NCBI GenBank assembly: GCA_963837955.1
Contig: CAWIPH010000002.1
Location: 2,528,001-2,592,000 of the forward strand
Direction of reading: 5' to 3'
Source of the DNA: an uncultured Verrucomicrobiae bacterium
Lineage (GTDB): Bacteria; Verrucomicrobiota; Verrucomicrobiia; Chthoniobacterales; JAFAMB01
Length of the DNA: 64,000 bases
Part shown: piece by piece, positions 37,816 to 48,024 of the stretch
How the letters are laid out: every line of letters starts with the position of its first letter
How positions within the stretch are numbered: the stretch's first letter is position 1
The notes under the pieces: model-generated
What the model was told of the DNA's origin: nothing
Databases searched by the model: none
Seen by the model: the letters and a program-made list of their open reading frames with translations, nothing else
Position numbers and translations under genes: made by a program

Positions 37816-39105
37816 ATGAGAAAGATTGCCATCGTCGGTGGCGGTCAGTCCGGGTTGCAGTTAGCGCTGGGGTTGCTGCAGAACCAGTACGAAGTCACAC
37901 TGGTCTCTAACCGCACAGCGGAGCAGATCTTGAGTGGCCGAGTCAGTTCCAGCCAGTTCATGTTTCACGATTCCCTGCAGAACGAACGGGATTTGGGAAT
38001 CAATTTTTGGGAAAGTGAGTGTCCCATCACCGAGGGCATCTCGTTCACCATTCCCGGACCGGACAAGACCAAGGCGCTGTTCTGGGAGGCCAAGCTCGAT
38101 GGCTATGGGCAATCGGTCGACCAACGAATAAAGTTCGCTGGTTGGATGAAAGAGTTTACTCAGCGTGGCGGCGATCTAGTGATCAAGGACGCTTCCCTCC
38201 AGGACGTTGACGATTACGGGAAAAGCCACGATCTGGTGCTCGTTGCTGCCGGCAAAGGAGAGATAAGCCGTTTGTTCGAGCGTGACGCGGAAAGGTCTAC
38301 CTTTGACCGGCCAATGCGGGCACTGGCGCTGACTTACGTCAAGAAGATGGTTCCGCGAAAGCCTTTTACCGCTGTGTCATTCAACCTGGTGCCGGGGGTG
38401 GGCGAATACTTCGTTTTCCCTGCTCTGACTACCACCGGTTCTTGCGAGATCATGGTGTTCGAAGGTGTACCCGGGGGCCCAATGGACTGCTGGAATGATG
38501 TGAAGACTCCGGAGGAGCATCTGGCCAAGAGTAAATGGATTCTGGACACATTCATGCCACTGGAAGGGGAACGCTGCCTCGACATCGAACTGACCGACAA
38601 CAATGGAATTCTGACCGGAGGGTTCCCGCCGATCGTTCGCAAGCCAATCTGCAAACTGCCCTCGGGCGGACTGGCACTTGGGATGGGCGATGTAGTTGCC
38701 ACCAATGATCCGATCACGGGTCAAGGTTCGAATACGGCAAGCAAGGCAGCCAGCATCTACCTGCAACGGATTTTGGAGCGCGGCAACAAGCCGTTTGATG
38801 CCCAGTGGATGCACCAAACCTTCGACCTCTTCTGGGATTACGCCCACTGGGTGGTGAAATGGACTAACTCGCTCCTGGTCCCACCCACACCCCAGATCTT
38901 GCAGCTGATGGGCGCTGCGAGCCAGATTCCGTCTCTGGCTCGCAAAATCGCAAACGGATTCAATCATCCGCCGGACTACTTTCCCTGGTGGTTTGATCCG
39001 GCGGAGGCTGATAGCATGATCAAGAGGGCCAAATCACCGCATCTTATGGAAACTGCCCGATCCTCAACAGGCGCTCCTGCCACCGAGCGAGTTACTGCCC
39101 ACTAA
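37816..39105 (+). CDS. Styrene/indole monooxygenase (StyA-like) flavoprotein oxygenase subunit
   Basis: MRKIAIVGGGQSGLQLA, SSQFMF, QSVDQR, NDPITGQGSN. Confidence 0.9.
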   Translation: MRKIAIVGGGQSGLQLALGLLQNQYEVTLVSNRTAEQILSGRVSSSQFMFHDSLQNERDLGINFWESECPITEGISFTIPGPDKTKALFWEAKLDGYGQSVDQRIKFAGWMKEFTQRGGDLVIKDASLQDVDDYGKSHDLVLVAAGKGEISRLFERDAERSTFDRPMRALALTYVKKMVPRKPFTAVSFNLVPGVGEYFVFPALTTTGSCEIMVFEGVPGGPMDCWNDVKTPEEHLAKSKWILDTFMPLEGERCLDIELTDNNGILTGGFPPIVRKPICKLPSGGLALGMGDVVATNDPITGQGSNTASKAASIYLQRILERGNKPFDAQWMHQTFDLFWDYAHWVVKWTNSLLVPPTPQILQLMGAASQIPSLARKIANGFNHPPDYFPWWFDPAEADSMIKRAKSPHLMETARSSTGAPATERVTAH

Positions 39106-39385
39106 CCTGCGAATTGGATCCCTTTATAACTTCGGCGTCCTTGCCCATCCGAACCCGCTCAATGTTGGGAAGAGAGGCTGGGGGTGTGAGCGGCGCCGCA
39201 GATCTCATCCTGATAGGCTCTATCATGCACTGCGTTGCGGTGACGTCTTTCCAGCGTCGGCAACTGGGATAAGAAATACGACAACTGGCACAATAAACGG
39301 CCGCTGTCCCAAATCTTGGCGTCTATTCCGGAATGGAACCTAGGCAGCATGAATGTCTGGAGGACTAACTGGGAGGAAGAACAAA

Positions 39386-39769
39386 ATGGATCTTATGCAT
39401 GGCGTCTCGTACTACTTAGAATTTCAAAAGCAATTGTCCGCTTCGAAGGGATCGTCCCCAAAGCCATTGGTGAATGTACCCGGCGATCAGGAGATGAACT
39501 CGCTCCGATCAGGTCGGCCTCGGGTCGGTGTTGGAGGAATCGATCAGGCCGAGATGAAGCTGCCAGTAAAGGGCTATCCCTCAACGCCGCGCCATCTTGG
39601 TGACGGTTTGGGTGCGGCTTCGGAAAAGATGAATTTTGAATGGCCCGATTCCCTTCCGATCGAGAGAATCAAAGCAGGGTTGATCGAGATAGTCCTCGCG
39701 TTTCTTTTGCTTGCAGGACTAGTGACATTTGGCTTGGCCTGCGTTTTGTCTCCAACGTTTCTGCCTTAG
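39386..39769 (+). CDS. Hypothetical protein with C-terminal transmembrane helix
   Basis: GGAGG upstream of ATG 39386; hydrophobic LIEIVLAFLLLAGLVTFGLACVL. Confidence 0.4.
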   Translation: MDLMHGVSYYLEFQKQLSASKGSSPKPLVNVPGDQEMNSLRSGRPRVGVGGIDQAEMKLPVKGYPSTPRHLGDGLGAASEKMNFEWPDSLPIERIKAGLIEIVLAFLLLAGLVTFGLACVLSPTFLP

Positions 39770-39932
39770 CATTCAAAAAACCGTCGCCTTCCGCGTCGCC
39801 GATTGGGAGGCTTCGATCGATGAGCAGGTCGCTCGCGGCAGAGCTTGCGCGGCGCAGACTCGGATCGCCTCCAGTGCTGCGTTGGACCGAAAAAGGGCAG
39901 GGTCATGGTTGGCGATTCTGATTTATATTTGA

Positions 39933-40973
39933 TTACAATTGCTTGACCCGCTGCAGCAGATCATCCAGCCGCGTTGGATGAGGTTGAATCTGCCCCTCTT
40001 CAATCAGATGAACCATATCGGTCATCGCTGCATTCATGGCGATCGGTACGCCGACCTGGACCCCCAACTGCGCCACATAACCGTTGATGAAGTCGATTTC
40101 CGTCCGCCGGCCCCGCTCGAAGTCTTGCAACATCGACGGTTTGATATCTCCATAGCCCCCCATGATCTGATCGATCCAAACGTCATAATCATCCCCCGGC
40201 ACGCTTGTTCCCTGCCAGCCCGGTGGAATCGGATCGACGATCATTCGTTCCGGCCGCGCCCCGCTGGCCAGCGCAACTGACAGCGCTTCATCATAAATTC
40301 GCCGGAAGACTTCCTGACCTGCGAATGACGTCATATATTGACGCATGGTTTGAGCGGCGACCGCGCCGATCGTCGTTACCGAGCAATTAAGCAGCAGCTT
40401 CGCCCAGACAGCACCGCGCAGGTTTGGCGTCACGCGCATTTCAATCGCTCCAGCCAAGGCCTGAGCGATTTTTGCAACTCGATCACTGAGGCCTCCGGCA
40501 AGTTCGCCTATTAGTAAATTACCGGCATTCCGCTGTTCATAGATGCCCGGTTTAACCATAGTGGCGCCGAGATTGGACAACCCTCCGAGCACGACGCCGT
40601 CCCCGAACCGATCGGAGAGGATCTGGGATACGCTGCCGTTTTGTATGGGTAACAAAGTGCCGCCCCGCGTCAGGAGGCTTGATAAGAATGGCGCGATCTC
40701 CAGCGCATCGTGGGCCTTCGTGGCCAACAGGATCAAGTCGAACTTGTCTGCTTCCCCGTATTCCTCAATCGCTGCGACATGGACGGAGCTGGCGGTCGCC
40801 GTGCCTCCAATGCCCGATACCTGCAGGCCCGACGATCGAAGCACTCTGGCCGACTCCGCGCTGCGGGTGGCGAGCCAGACTGGGATTCCAGCGCTGATCG
40901 CGCGAGTTGCGATTGTTCCACCCAATGCGCCAATACCTACAATCAATATTCGAATCCGGCGGTTCTTACTCAT
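39933..40973 (-). CDS. panE: Ketopantoate reductase (ApbA/PanE) family
   Basis: IVGIGALG, LLATKA, IQNG, WAKLLLN, PSMLQDFERGRRTEIDFING. Confidence 0.88.
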   Translation of the reverse strand: MSKNRRIRILIVGIGALGGTIATRAISAGIPVWLATRSAESARVLRSSGLQVSGIGGTATASSVHVAAIEEYGEADKFDLILLATKAHDALEIAPFLSSLLTRGGTLLPIQNGSVSQILSDRFGDGVVLGGLSNLGATMVKPGIYEQRNAGNLLIGELAGGLSDRVAKIAQALAGAIEMRVTPNLRGAVWAKLLLNCSVTTIGAVAAQTMRQYMTSFAGQEVFRRIYDEALSVALASGARPERMIVDPIPPGWQGTSVPGDDYDVWIDQIMGGYGDIKPSMLQDFERGRRTEIDFINGYVAQLGVQVGVPIAMNAAMTDMVHLIEEGQIQPHPTRLDDLLQRVKQL

Positions 40974-41544
40974 GCATTTAAGCATGACACTGGCATCCGC
41001 ATCACACATATCAAGAGCTGTAACTCTTGCCGAAATTCCGGGGATTTTATCCTTTGGATCTTTCGGTCTCATGCCTGCCCGACAGGCGAAGAATTTGTGC
41101 ATCGTTCGAACCATTGGGTGAGTTGGCTGCACAGCTACATTATGAGAAGTTCATAGGCTTTAACGGCCCGTGGTCTCCCGAAGTTCGCTGTTATTGGCCT
41201 CCCACTGGTAAATCAGGGGACCGGTGGAAGTGAAAACGATCGAAACTTCTCGACCCAAAGAAACCTCTTGAAAGGCGGAACTATCAACCAGACCGGAAAG
41301 AGAAACTCGAACAACGCGAAAGAAACGCTGCGACTTGGGCGATGTCCCTTGTCTATGATGATGGAAGATGGGGCGCAGCGGCACGGCGCCGGACTTAAAG
41401 GTCGACGTAGAGATTGAAGCCACACAAGTCTCCTCTTTTTATCAGCATCTCACTGGATGCCTTAGGCCATTGTTTCCTTTTATGTTCATAAGTTACGTTG
41501 CCGGATTTTGGGTGTTGCGAAATTGCTTTTGTTGACAACGATTG

Positions 41545-41559
41545 ATACCTTTATTGCAT
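41545..41559 (+). promoter_or_regulatory. LysR (BenM/CatM-like) recognition box overlapping the start codon
   Basis: ATAC-N7-GCAT versus the consensus ATAC-N7-GTAT. Confidence 0.45.
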
Positions 41560-42517
41560 GAATCGGCCATCGCTTTGGGAGCTCGAATGCTTCGTCGCCG
41601 TCGCGGAGGAATTGCATTTTTCCAACGCAGCAAAACGTTTGCACATTTCGCAACCTCCGTTGAGCCGCCAAATCCAAGCACTGGAGACGAAGTTAGGGGT
41701 CCAGCTTCTCCGGCGGAAAACACGAACAGTGGAATTGGCGCTGCCCGGAGAGGTATTCCTGGGTGATGCGCGGGAAATTTTACAGCACCTCGATCGAGCA
41801 TCTTTGGCAGCGCATCGAAGTGCCGGAGGGGAAATCGAGCGGCTGCGCGTGGGGTTCGTCAGCGCGTTGCTAGGGCCGGACCTCATTCAGGTTTTACGCT
41901 CGTTTCGTCACGAGCGACCCACCTGCCAGATAGAGTTGGTCGATCTACCGTCGGCAGATCAATTGCGGCGGATTGAGAATGGAACTCTCGATGGCGGTTT
42001 AATCGGAGGTGCTCCAGCGAAGCATTCGAGCGATCTTAAGTTCCTGGTGTGGAAGACCGAACGGTGGATGGTTGGTCTACCAGAGAGTCACCCGTTGTCG
42101 GCCAAGATGGTGTTGTCATTGCCAGAGCTGCGAAACGAGAGATGGGTGCTTACTTCCCGAGCCGCCTCTCCGGCGCTGCGACAACGTTTTGACGAATTGT
42201 GTACGGCGGCAGGGTTCAGACCACGGATTGTCCTGGAATCGGATCGAGGACAAGCAGTTCTGGCGATGGTTGCTGCTGGAGACGGCATCGGATTGTTCGC
42301 CGAAACGTTAACGCGCTTGATCGATCGCGGCGTGGTTTTCCGACCGCTCAACAGCCGGAGAGCGGTGCTCGAGCACACTCTGGCGTGGCAGGCGAACAAA
42401 GATTCTGAGGCGCTGCTAGCGTTTCAGAAGATCCTGAGGCGCAAGGCCGGCCACAAGCCGGCGATAAAAAATCAGCTTGCTCGGGAAAAGAGAGGCGGTT
42501 CGAATGAGTCCGTCTAG
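41558..42517 (+). CDS. LysR family transcriptional regulator
   Basis: FVAVAEELHFSNAAKRLHISQPPLSRQI. Confidence 0.93.
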   Translation: MNRPSLWELECFVAVAEELHFSNAAKRLHISQPPLSRQIQALETKLGVQLLRRKTRTVELALPGEVFLGDAREILQHLDRASLAAHRSAGGEIERLRVGFVSALLGPDLIQVLRSFRHERPTCQIELVDLPSADQLRRIENGTLDGGLIGGAPAKHSSDLKFLVWKTERWMVGLPESHPLSAKMVLSLPELRNERWVLTSRAASPALRQRFDELCTAAGFRPRIVLESDRGQAVLAMVAAGDGIGLFAETLTRLIDRGVVFRPLNSRRAVLEHTLAWQANKDSEALLAFQKILRRKAGHKPAIKNQLAREKRGGSNESV

Positions 42518-42570
42518 CCAACTACCCGATTGACAGAGTTGGAGAAGTTCGCTGAAAAGGAGAGACCCTC

Positions 42571-43002
42571 ATGGCGGCAGCGGAGAACAAAGCAGTGGTC
42601 AGCAGTTTCGTCGAGGAAGTGATTAATCAAGGTCGGCTCGAGCGGGTGAATGATCTCGTAGCCCTCGATTTCGTGGAACTCGACCCTCTCCCTGGCCAGC
42701 AGCAAGGGCGCGAAGGTCTTAAACAGGTGATTGCCGGGTTGCGCACTGCGTTTCCCGACATTCATTGGGTGATTGAGGAGATGGTAGGGGAAGGGGACAA
42801 GGTATTTAGCCGCTTTACGTGGCACGGAACTCATCGTGGCGAATTCTTCGGCGTTCCTGCCACGGGCAGGCAGATAACCGTGAAGGGTATGGTTATCGAT
42901 CGCGTCGTGGCCGGTAAAGTGGTGGACAGTCGCATCCTAATGGACGGCCTGGGCATGATGACACAGCTTGGTGTCATCCCCACGGAGAAGACGGTCCCCT
43001 AG
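42571..43002 (+). CDS. Ester cyclase / SnoaL-like protein
   Basis: AFPDIHW, GTHRGEFFGVPATGR; RBS AAGGAG. Confidence 0.9.
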   Translation: MAAAENKAVVSSFVEEVINQGRLERVNDLVALDFVELDPLPGQQQGREGLKQVIAGLRTAFPDIHWVIEEMVGEGDKVFSRFTWHGTHRGEFFGVPATGRQITVKGMVIDRVVAGKVVDSRILMDGLGMMTQLGVIPTEKTVP

Positions 43003-43015
43003 CCAAAACAGAGGT

Positions 43016-43260
43016 GGAGCGCGCAGAAATGCTGCGGTTAACCTTAAGGTCGAGGATTATTTTCGGAATGGAACCCAAACATTCCTACGTTTCCGAACCA
43101 AAGGCGGTAAAGAAAAGGTGATGCCGGTTTACCATAAACTGGAGTCGATCCTTGACCGGTACCTAGATGCGTCCGGCTTACGAGGTCGACCGGACTCGCC
43201 GCTCTTTTTTGGCGGCCCGCGGCAGGACCCGCGAACTAACTGATCGAGCCATTGATCGAG
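43016..43260 (+). pseudogene. Tyrosine recombinase/integrase fragment
   Basis: GARRNAAVNLKVEDY (box I Arg), RTKGGKEK (catalytic Lys region), LDRYL...PLF; no start and no HxxR/Tyr half. Confidence 0.7.
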
Positions 43261-43527
43261 TTGGCTGAAAATCATTTGGTCTACGAATTAACTGAAATCG
43301 ACAATTATCGTACGCGCCATCTTGGAGTTCGGCTTTTTGGATGCCATTTTGACCTAAGTGAAGAGAAGGATTTGGATTAAGCCAATGTAGTAATTCGGTG
43401 GAAGCCATCCCGGCGCCGGCTGCACCGGCAAAGATGTAGGCACCCGAGTTGATACAAGTTCGCTGCCGCGGCCTTAATCTCGGCGGTCGATTGGCCGAGC
43501 TGTTGAACGACAGGGGAATTGAATGAG

Positions 43528-46500
43528 TTAGCAAAGAGGCGGTCGGAACCCGTGCCGACCTAACATTCTCGCCTTTTTGCTGCGGTACTCTGCGTAGCTT
43601 GCTTCCGCGCGTTTCGCCAGTGAAATCGACTTCTGCTCTTTTGCGGCGCGGATGGCTTCGCAGAACGAAGCCTCAATTTGGGTTTCGTCAGAACCCGTAG
43701 CAGTGAGGAGCACACCGCGAAGCCGGTGCAGGTCGGCACGCCACAAGCGCTCTCCGAATCTTTCGACCAATCCTTCCGCCTCCCTTATAGCCTCAAGAGC
43801 TTCAATGGTGCGATCCGCAAGCTGCAAGGCCTCAGCCTTCAGCGCCAGGAAAAATGGGACACCCAGGAACGCGCCCGTCGCCCGAAAGTCCTCTATTCCT
43901 TCCACGATCCACAAGATGGCTTCAGTGATATCGCCGGAAGTGCTGCGCGCCCAACCGCGGAGAACCTCTCCTTGAGGCAGCCAATGCGCAAAGTGATGAC
44001 GAGTTGACAGTTCAATCGACTTAGATGCTAAGCGTTCCACCTCTGCAGGATTACCCTCGTAGTAGGCGAAAACCGCTGCATGCCATAATGCCACGGCTAA
44101 TCCGTGCGTATCATTCATCTCTTTGGCTAGTGAGATCGCTTCGGCCACGGTCGTTTGGGAAGAGGCGATCTCTCCAAGATGCCACTTGGCTTGCGCCTCA
44201 TAGCATAGAACACTGACGGCGGACCCGCCAACCTCTTGGACTCCACCCACCCCGTCAGTGGAGATAGGCAAAAGCTCGGCGGCGCGTTTGTAAGACTCTA
44301 CACTGTCCGAGCGCCAGATCTGAACGCCACGCATCGCGTATTCGTGCGCTGACTCGAAATCGCCCATAAAATAGAGCGTGCCGGCCAAAGCGTTGTATGC
44401 TCCTATCAATAGCGCAGAGTCATTCTGCTCCTGCGCCAGTGAGTAAACTCGTTGGGCAATCTGCATCGTTGCCGTCAGCTTGTCGGTGGCGTGGGAATAG
44501 CGCCACTGACCTATCAGTGCCGAATACAGGAGCAGGGGACGATTAAGTGAATGAGCCAGGGACTCCGCGCGCTCGTAACAAATTCGCGCCTCCGGTGCTC
44601 CCCCTCGTGTGGCTGATAGGTAGAGCCCTGCCTGCATCAGAATGAAGAGCTGATCTTCTGCAGTGAGACTCTGCCCCTCGACGCCCTTTTCCACCGGTGA
44701 TCCCCAGCGTCCGTGTTCGAAGAAATGAACCAAAACCAAGAGCAATGCTCCTCTGGCTCCGAGAATGTTAGACGCGAAGAAGGCATTTCCCCGCTGAATC
44801 CGCGGAATGTAAACTTCATGCAGCGCTTCGCGAAACAGACCGGCATTACACCCGCAGATGCCTGCTAAGAAAAGTGGCTCCATTTCCCTGAAACTGTCTG
44901 GCAGCAGGGGCGCAAGTGTTCGATAGTAGTTAAAGAGCCGCCTGTTGCATTCTTTCCAAGCATCCGTTCGTTGGCTCCGCAGCTGTTCGCCGAAGTACTC
45001 ACGAACAAGCGGATGCGTATCCAGATGCCCACGATTCTGCGGATCTTCCCCAGCCAAGAGTCTTGCTCTTCTTAATTTGGCAAGAACAGTTCGCCACTCG
45101 GTCGGACTCAAATCAGTTAGTAACTCTGTGAGGCCCCGGATAGCAGGCGGTTTCAATAGGGTTCCGAGCGCCTTTTCGTCAACGGGTCGATCAAACAGGC
45201 CTAACATGCGAAGAACCGATAGCTCAGGACCCTCGCCAAGCCAGCTCTGGTAGGATTCCATGACCTTTCGCGCGTGGACCCCCTGTCGCATGTCGTGAGC
45301 AAGACGTTCTGACACTTCTCTGCGACAACGAATATCTCCATTGTAAGCGTCTGTCAGATAGCTGCCCAGCAGCGTAAGAGCGAGACAATGACCACTGAAC
45401 TCGTCGCTCGCACTTCGAAGCTCCGCTTCGACCCCCTTAACACCCAGCGTTCGCAGCAGCTTCGCACCAGCATCACTGGAGAGATGTTCCAGGTCACGAC
45501 GCTGGGCTGAGTTGCCCTCGTGATCTGCAATATCAGCAACGGGGAGACGCGTGGTAATCACGCAAAGCCCCATATTGAAGGCAGCGAGCTCGCGCAGAAG
45601 CGCCTGAATAGAGGGCTCGCGTACCCGTCCTTCTTGTGGACCAGGCGGATTCTGGAGCGGCTCTAGGCCGTCCAGGATTAATAAAGTTCGCCGATGGGCC
45701 ACCAGCTTTGCCAACCTCTCGCCCTTTTCCCACGCTGTTCCGATGCGTGGATCGGAATCCCCAAACCAATTCAGAGCAGCGTCAAGGAATTCGTCTGCGG
45801 ACGAAGTGCCTCCACTCGTGCCCTGTCGGTAGAAGGACCAGCCAAAAACGAGCTGCGCAGAACGATAATGTTCAGCAGCCATCCGCCCGAGCCAATGGTT
45901 GAGGAGCGTCGACTTCCCGACACCAGCCCAGGCAACGATTGTGACGACGTTCACCTGTGTATTTGCCCAGGCAGCGTCCAGGAAAGCGATATCCTCCTCT
46001 CGACCAAAAACATCTCTTCCAGTAACGGGTAATCTGGCTACTGAAATTTTCTTCGGTCCCAATCGCGCTGTCGATCTACAAGTTCCGGGGTGCGAGGCCG
46101 CAGACGGCGTCTTGTGCAAGCTCTCACGTGTAATTCTACGCCGCGCGTCGATACGGTCGGTTATCGTTAGCATCGCCTTCAAGAGTTCGGCCGGATTCTG
46201 AAAGCGGCGACCCGGACCCTTTTCAAGGAGCACCTCAAGCAGAACAACGACTGGCTGCGGAACATCGTCGAGTTGTTCGAGCGGTAACGGCGCGTGCTGA
46301 TGCTGATACATCACCTCAGCAGACGTGCCCCGGAATGGCACCTTGCCCGTCACCATCTCCCAGAGCGTTACGCCTAGCGAATAGATATCCGAGCGGATAT
46401 CAACCGGGATGCCCGCGAACTGCTCGGGACTGGCGAACTCCGGTGTTCCAGCGAAAACTCCGGGCATTGAAATCGCGGCTTCAGCAGGCGACTCGGTTGT

Positions 46501-47151
46501 GAGCTTTGCCAGCCCGAGGTCGATAATCTTCACCAGTGGCACTCCTCCCTCCTCGAAGCTCACCATGATGTTGCTGGGTTTGATGTCCCGGTGAACTATC
46601 TTCTGCTTGTGCACCGCAGCCAAGCCGGCGGCGACCTGCGTTGTAATTTCCAGGGACAACTTCACTTCGATCCGCTCCGAGCGTTTGATGAGATGCTCAA
46701 GGGTCTCTCCCTCCACGAACTCCATCGCATAGAAATAACTGCTCCCAGTTCTGCCCAGGTGCAATACTGAGGCAACGTTCGGATGACGAACGCTGGCTGC
46801 TGCGCGCGCCTCGCGCAAGAAACGAAGGCGCGCTGATTCGTCACCGAGATATCGTTCGCTAATAACCTTCAGGGTCACCGGACAACGCAGATCAACGTCG
46901 AGCGCTTTGTAAGTCACGCCCATCGCGCCGCGGCCCAGTTCGACCGGCGTCCCGTCTTCTCCCTGTACAAGTTCATAATGCTCAAATCGTCGCGCCGGGT
47001 GTTCCGGGGTGGGCTCGACCGCATTTTCCGAAGTAGACTCGCCGGGTTCAACGTCGAGAGCCTTGCGGAGCATGCACACTGGACAGAATTCCATCGCTCC
47101 AAAAAACTCACTGCCGCAATCCGGGCAGGTGCGTTGGGGCTCCGTGCTCAT
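43528..47151 (-). CDS. Ser/Thr protein kinase fused to a STAND-type NTPase and TPR-like helical repeats
   Basis: CPDC..CPVC; LGRGAMG, HRDIKPSN, DLG, GTPEFASPEQ; Walker A AWAGVGKS, Walker B LLILDG; helical C-terminus. Confidence 0.92.
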   Translation of the reverse strand: MSTEPQRTCPDCGSEFFGAMEFCPVCMLRKALDVEPGESTSENAVEPTPEHPARRFEHYELVQGEDGTPVELGRGAMGVTYKALDVDLRCPVTLKVISERYLGDESARLRFLREARAAASVRHPNVASVLHLGRTGSSYFYAMEFVEGETLEHLIKRSERIEVKLSLEITTQVAAGLAAVHKQKIVHRDIKPSNIMVSFEEGGVPLVKIIDLGLAKLTTESPAEAAISMPGVFAGTPEFASPEQFAGIPVDIRSDIYSLGVTLWEMVTGKVPFRGTSAEVMYQHQHAPLPLEQLDDVPQPVVVLLEVLLEKGPGRRFQNPAELLKAMLTITDRIDARRRITRESLHKTPSAASHPGTCRSTARLGPKKISVARLPVTGRDVFGREEDIAFLDAAWANTQVNVVTIVAWAGVGKSTLLNHWLGRMAAEHYRSAQLVFGWSFYRQGTSGGTSSADEFLDAALNWFGDSDPRIGTAWEKGERLAKLVAHRRTLLILDGLEPLQNPPGPQEGRVREPSIQALLRELAAFNMGLCVITTRLPVADIADHEGNSAQRRDLEHLSSDAGAKLLRTLGVKGVEAELRSASDEFSGHCLALTLLGSYLTDAYNGDIRCRREVSERLAHDMRQGVHARKVMESYQSWLGEGPELSVLRMLGLFDRPVDEKALGTLLKPPAIRGLTELLTDLSPTEWRTVLAKLRRARLLAGEDPQNRGHLDTHPLVREYFGEQLRSQRTDAWKECNRRLFNYYRTLAPLLPDSFREMEPLFLAGICGCNAGLFREALHEVYIPRIQRGNAFFASNILGARGALLLVLVHFFEHGRWGSPVEKGVEGQSLTAEDQLFILMQAGLYLSATRGGAPEARICYERAESLAHSLNRPLLLYSALIGQWRYSHATDKLTATMQIAQRVYSLAQEQNDSALLIGAYNALAGTLYFMGDFESAHEYAMRGVQIWRSDSVESYKRAAELLPISTDGVGGVQEVGGSAVSVLCYEAQAKWHLGEIASSQTTVAEAISLAKEMNDTHGLAVALWHAAVFAYYEGNPAEVERLASKSIELSTRHHFAHWLPQGEVLRGWARSTSGDITEAILWIVEGIEDFRATGAFLGVPFFLALKAEALQLADRTIEALEAIREAEGLVERFGERLWRADLHRLRGVLLTATGSDETQIEASFCEAIRAAKEQKSISLAKRAEASYAEYRSKKARMLGRHGFRPPLC

Positions 47152-47933
47152 GGACCTAACCGCCCTCCAGACGCGAGAAGAGCTTCGCAGAGCGCATGTA
47201 TCTCGTCCTCGATCTCTGCCGGATCTGACACCGTGCGGGCTATCTCCTCGCGCAATATAGAGCTATACCGTTTGCGCAAACGGTGGATAAGGGTTTTCAC
47301 TGCACCCAAACCGACGCCCAACGCCTTTGCGACCTCTTCGTACGATGGCGAGTCCTCGCCGACGCTTCCAAGGAAAACCTTCAGAGATTCAAACGCCGTT
47401 GTTTTTCCTTGGGCGGCGTATTCCTCGCGCAAGAGAGTCATCGCTCGGTCAAGCAAGGTCAGTGCCCATCGGGCGTCGAAGATTTTCTCCGCCGTTAGAT
47501 ACTCTACTGGCTCCAGCCGATAGCGGTTCTCGGCGTCTTCTAAATCAAGAGAAACAAATTCGCGGTTACCGCCTCGCTTGAGGCAGCGCGCCCGGTATGT
47601 CTCGACGGAAAGGTAGTTTTGAAAAGAGGCCAGCAAGAACGACCGAAACTTGCCTTTGAGCCGGTCAACAGTCGTAAGCGCCCGGTGTTCCAACAGGTGC
47701 AGGAAAAAACCTTGGGTTAAGTCTTGGGCGTCCTCCGGCGAATGCCCGCGCCGGCGAGCAAAGACGTAAATTGGATACCAATAAAGCCGACACAGTTCGG
47801 CCAAAGCCGCCGGCCCCCCTTGCACCTGGCTTTGCGCGGCTCGCATGACAATCGTCCAGCGGGTGGTGTGAAAACTCGCAGCACCCTCCGCTGGCGGACT
47901 ATGCTCCCGCTTCACAAGATTCGCGTGTTGCAC
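47148..47933 (-). CDS. ECF sigma factor of the kinase-associated PVC type
   Basis: FHTTRWTIV, LCRLYWYPIY, AQDLTQGFF, KGKFRSFLL, VKTLIHRLRKRY; ATGA overlap with the kinase gene. Confidence 0.88.
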   Translation of the reverse strand: MQHANLVKREHSPPAEGAASFHTTRWTIVMRAAQSQVQGGPAALAELCRLYWYPIYVFARRRGHSPEDAQDLTQGFFLHLLEHRALTTVDRLKGKFRSFLLASFQNYLSVETYRARCLKRGGNREFVSLDLEDAENRYRLEPVEYLTAEKIFDARWALTLLDRAMTLLREEYAAQGKTTAFESLKVFLGSVGEDSPSYEEVAKALGVGLGAVKTLIHRLRKRYSSILREEIARTVSDPAEIEDEIHALCEALLASGGRLGP

Positions 47934-48024
47934 TGACAGTAGCCCACTAAGTCACGTTTCGGAACAAAATTCCAAGCGATCGCAAGGCCCTGAAACTCGA
48001 AAGACTGAATCTATTTGTAACGGG

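Noticed and set aside
41160..41490. Divergent LysR target gene
   Set aside because: Only short ORFs with no recognisable family; possibly decayed but unsupported
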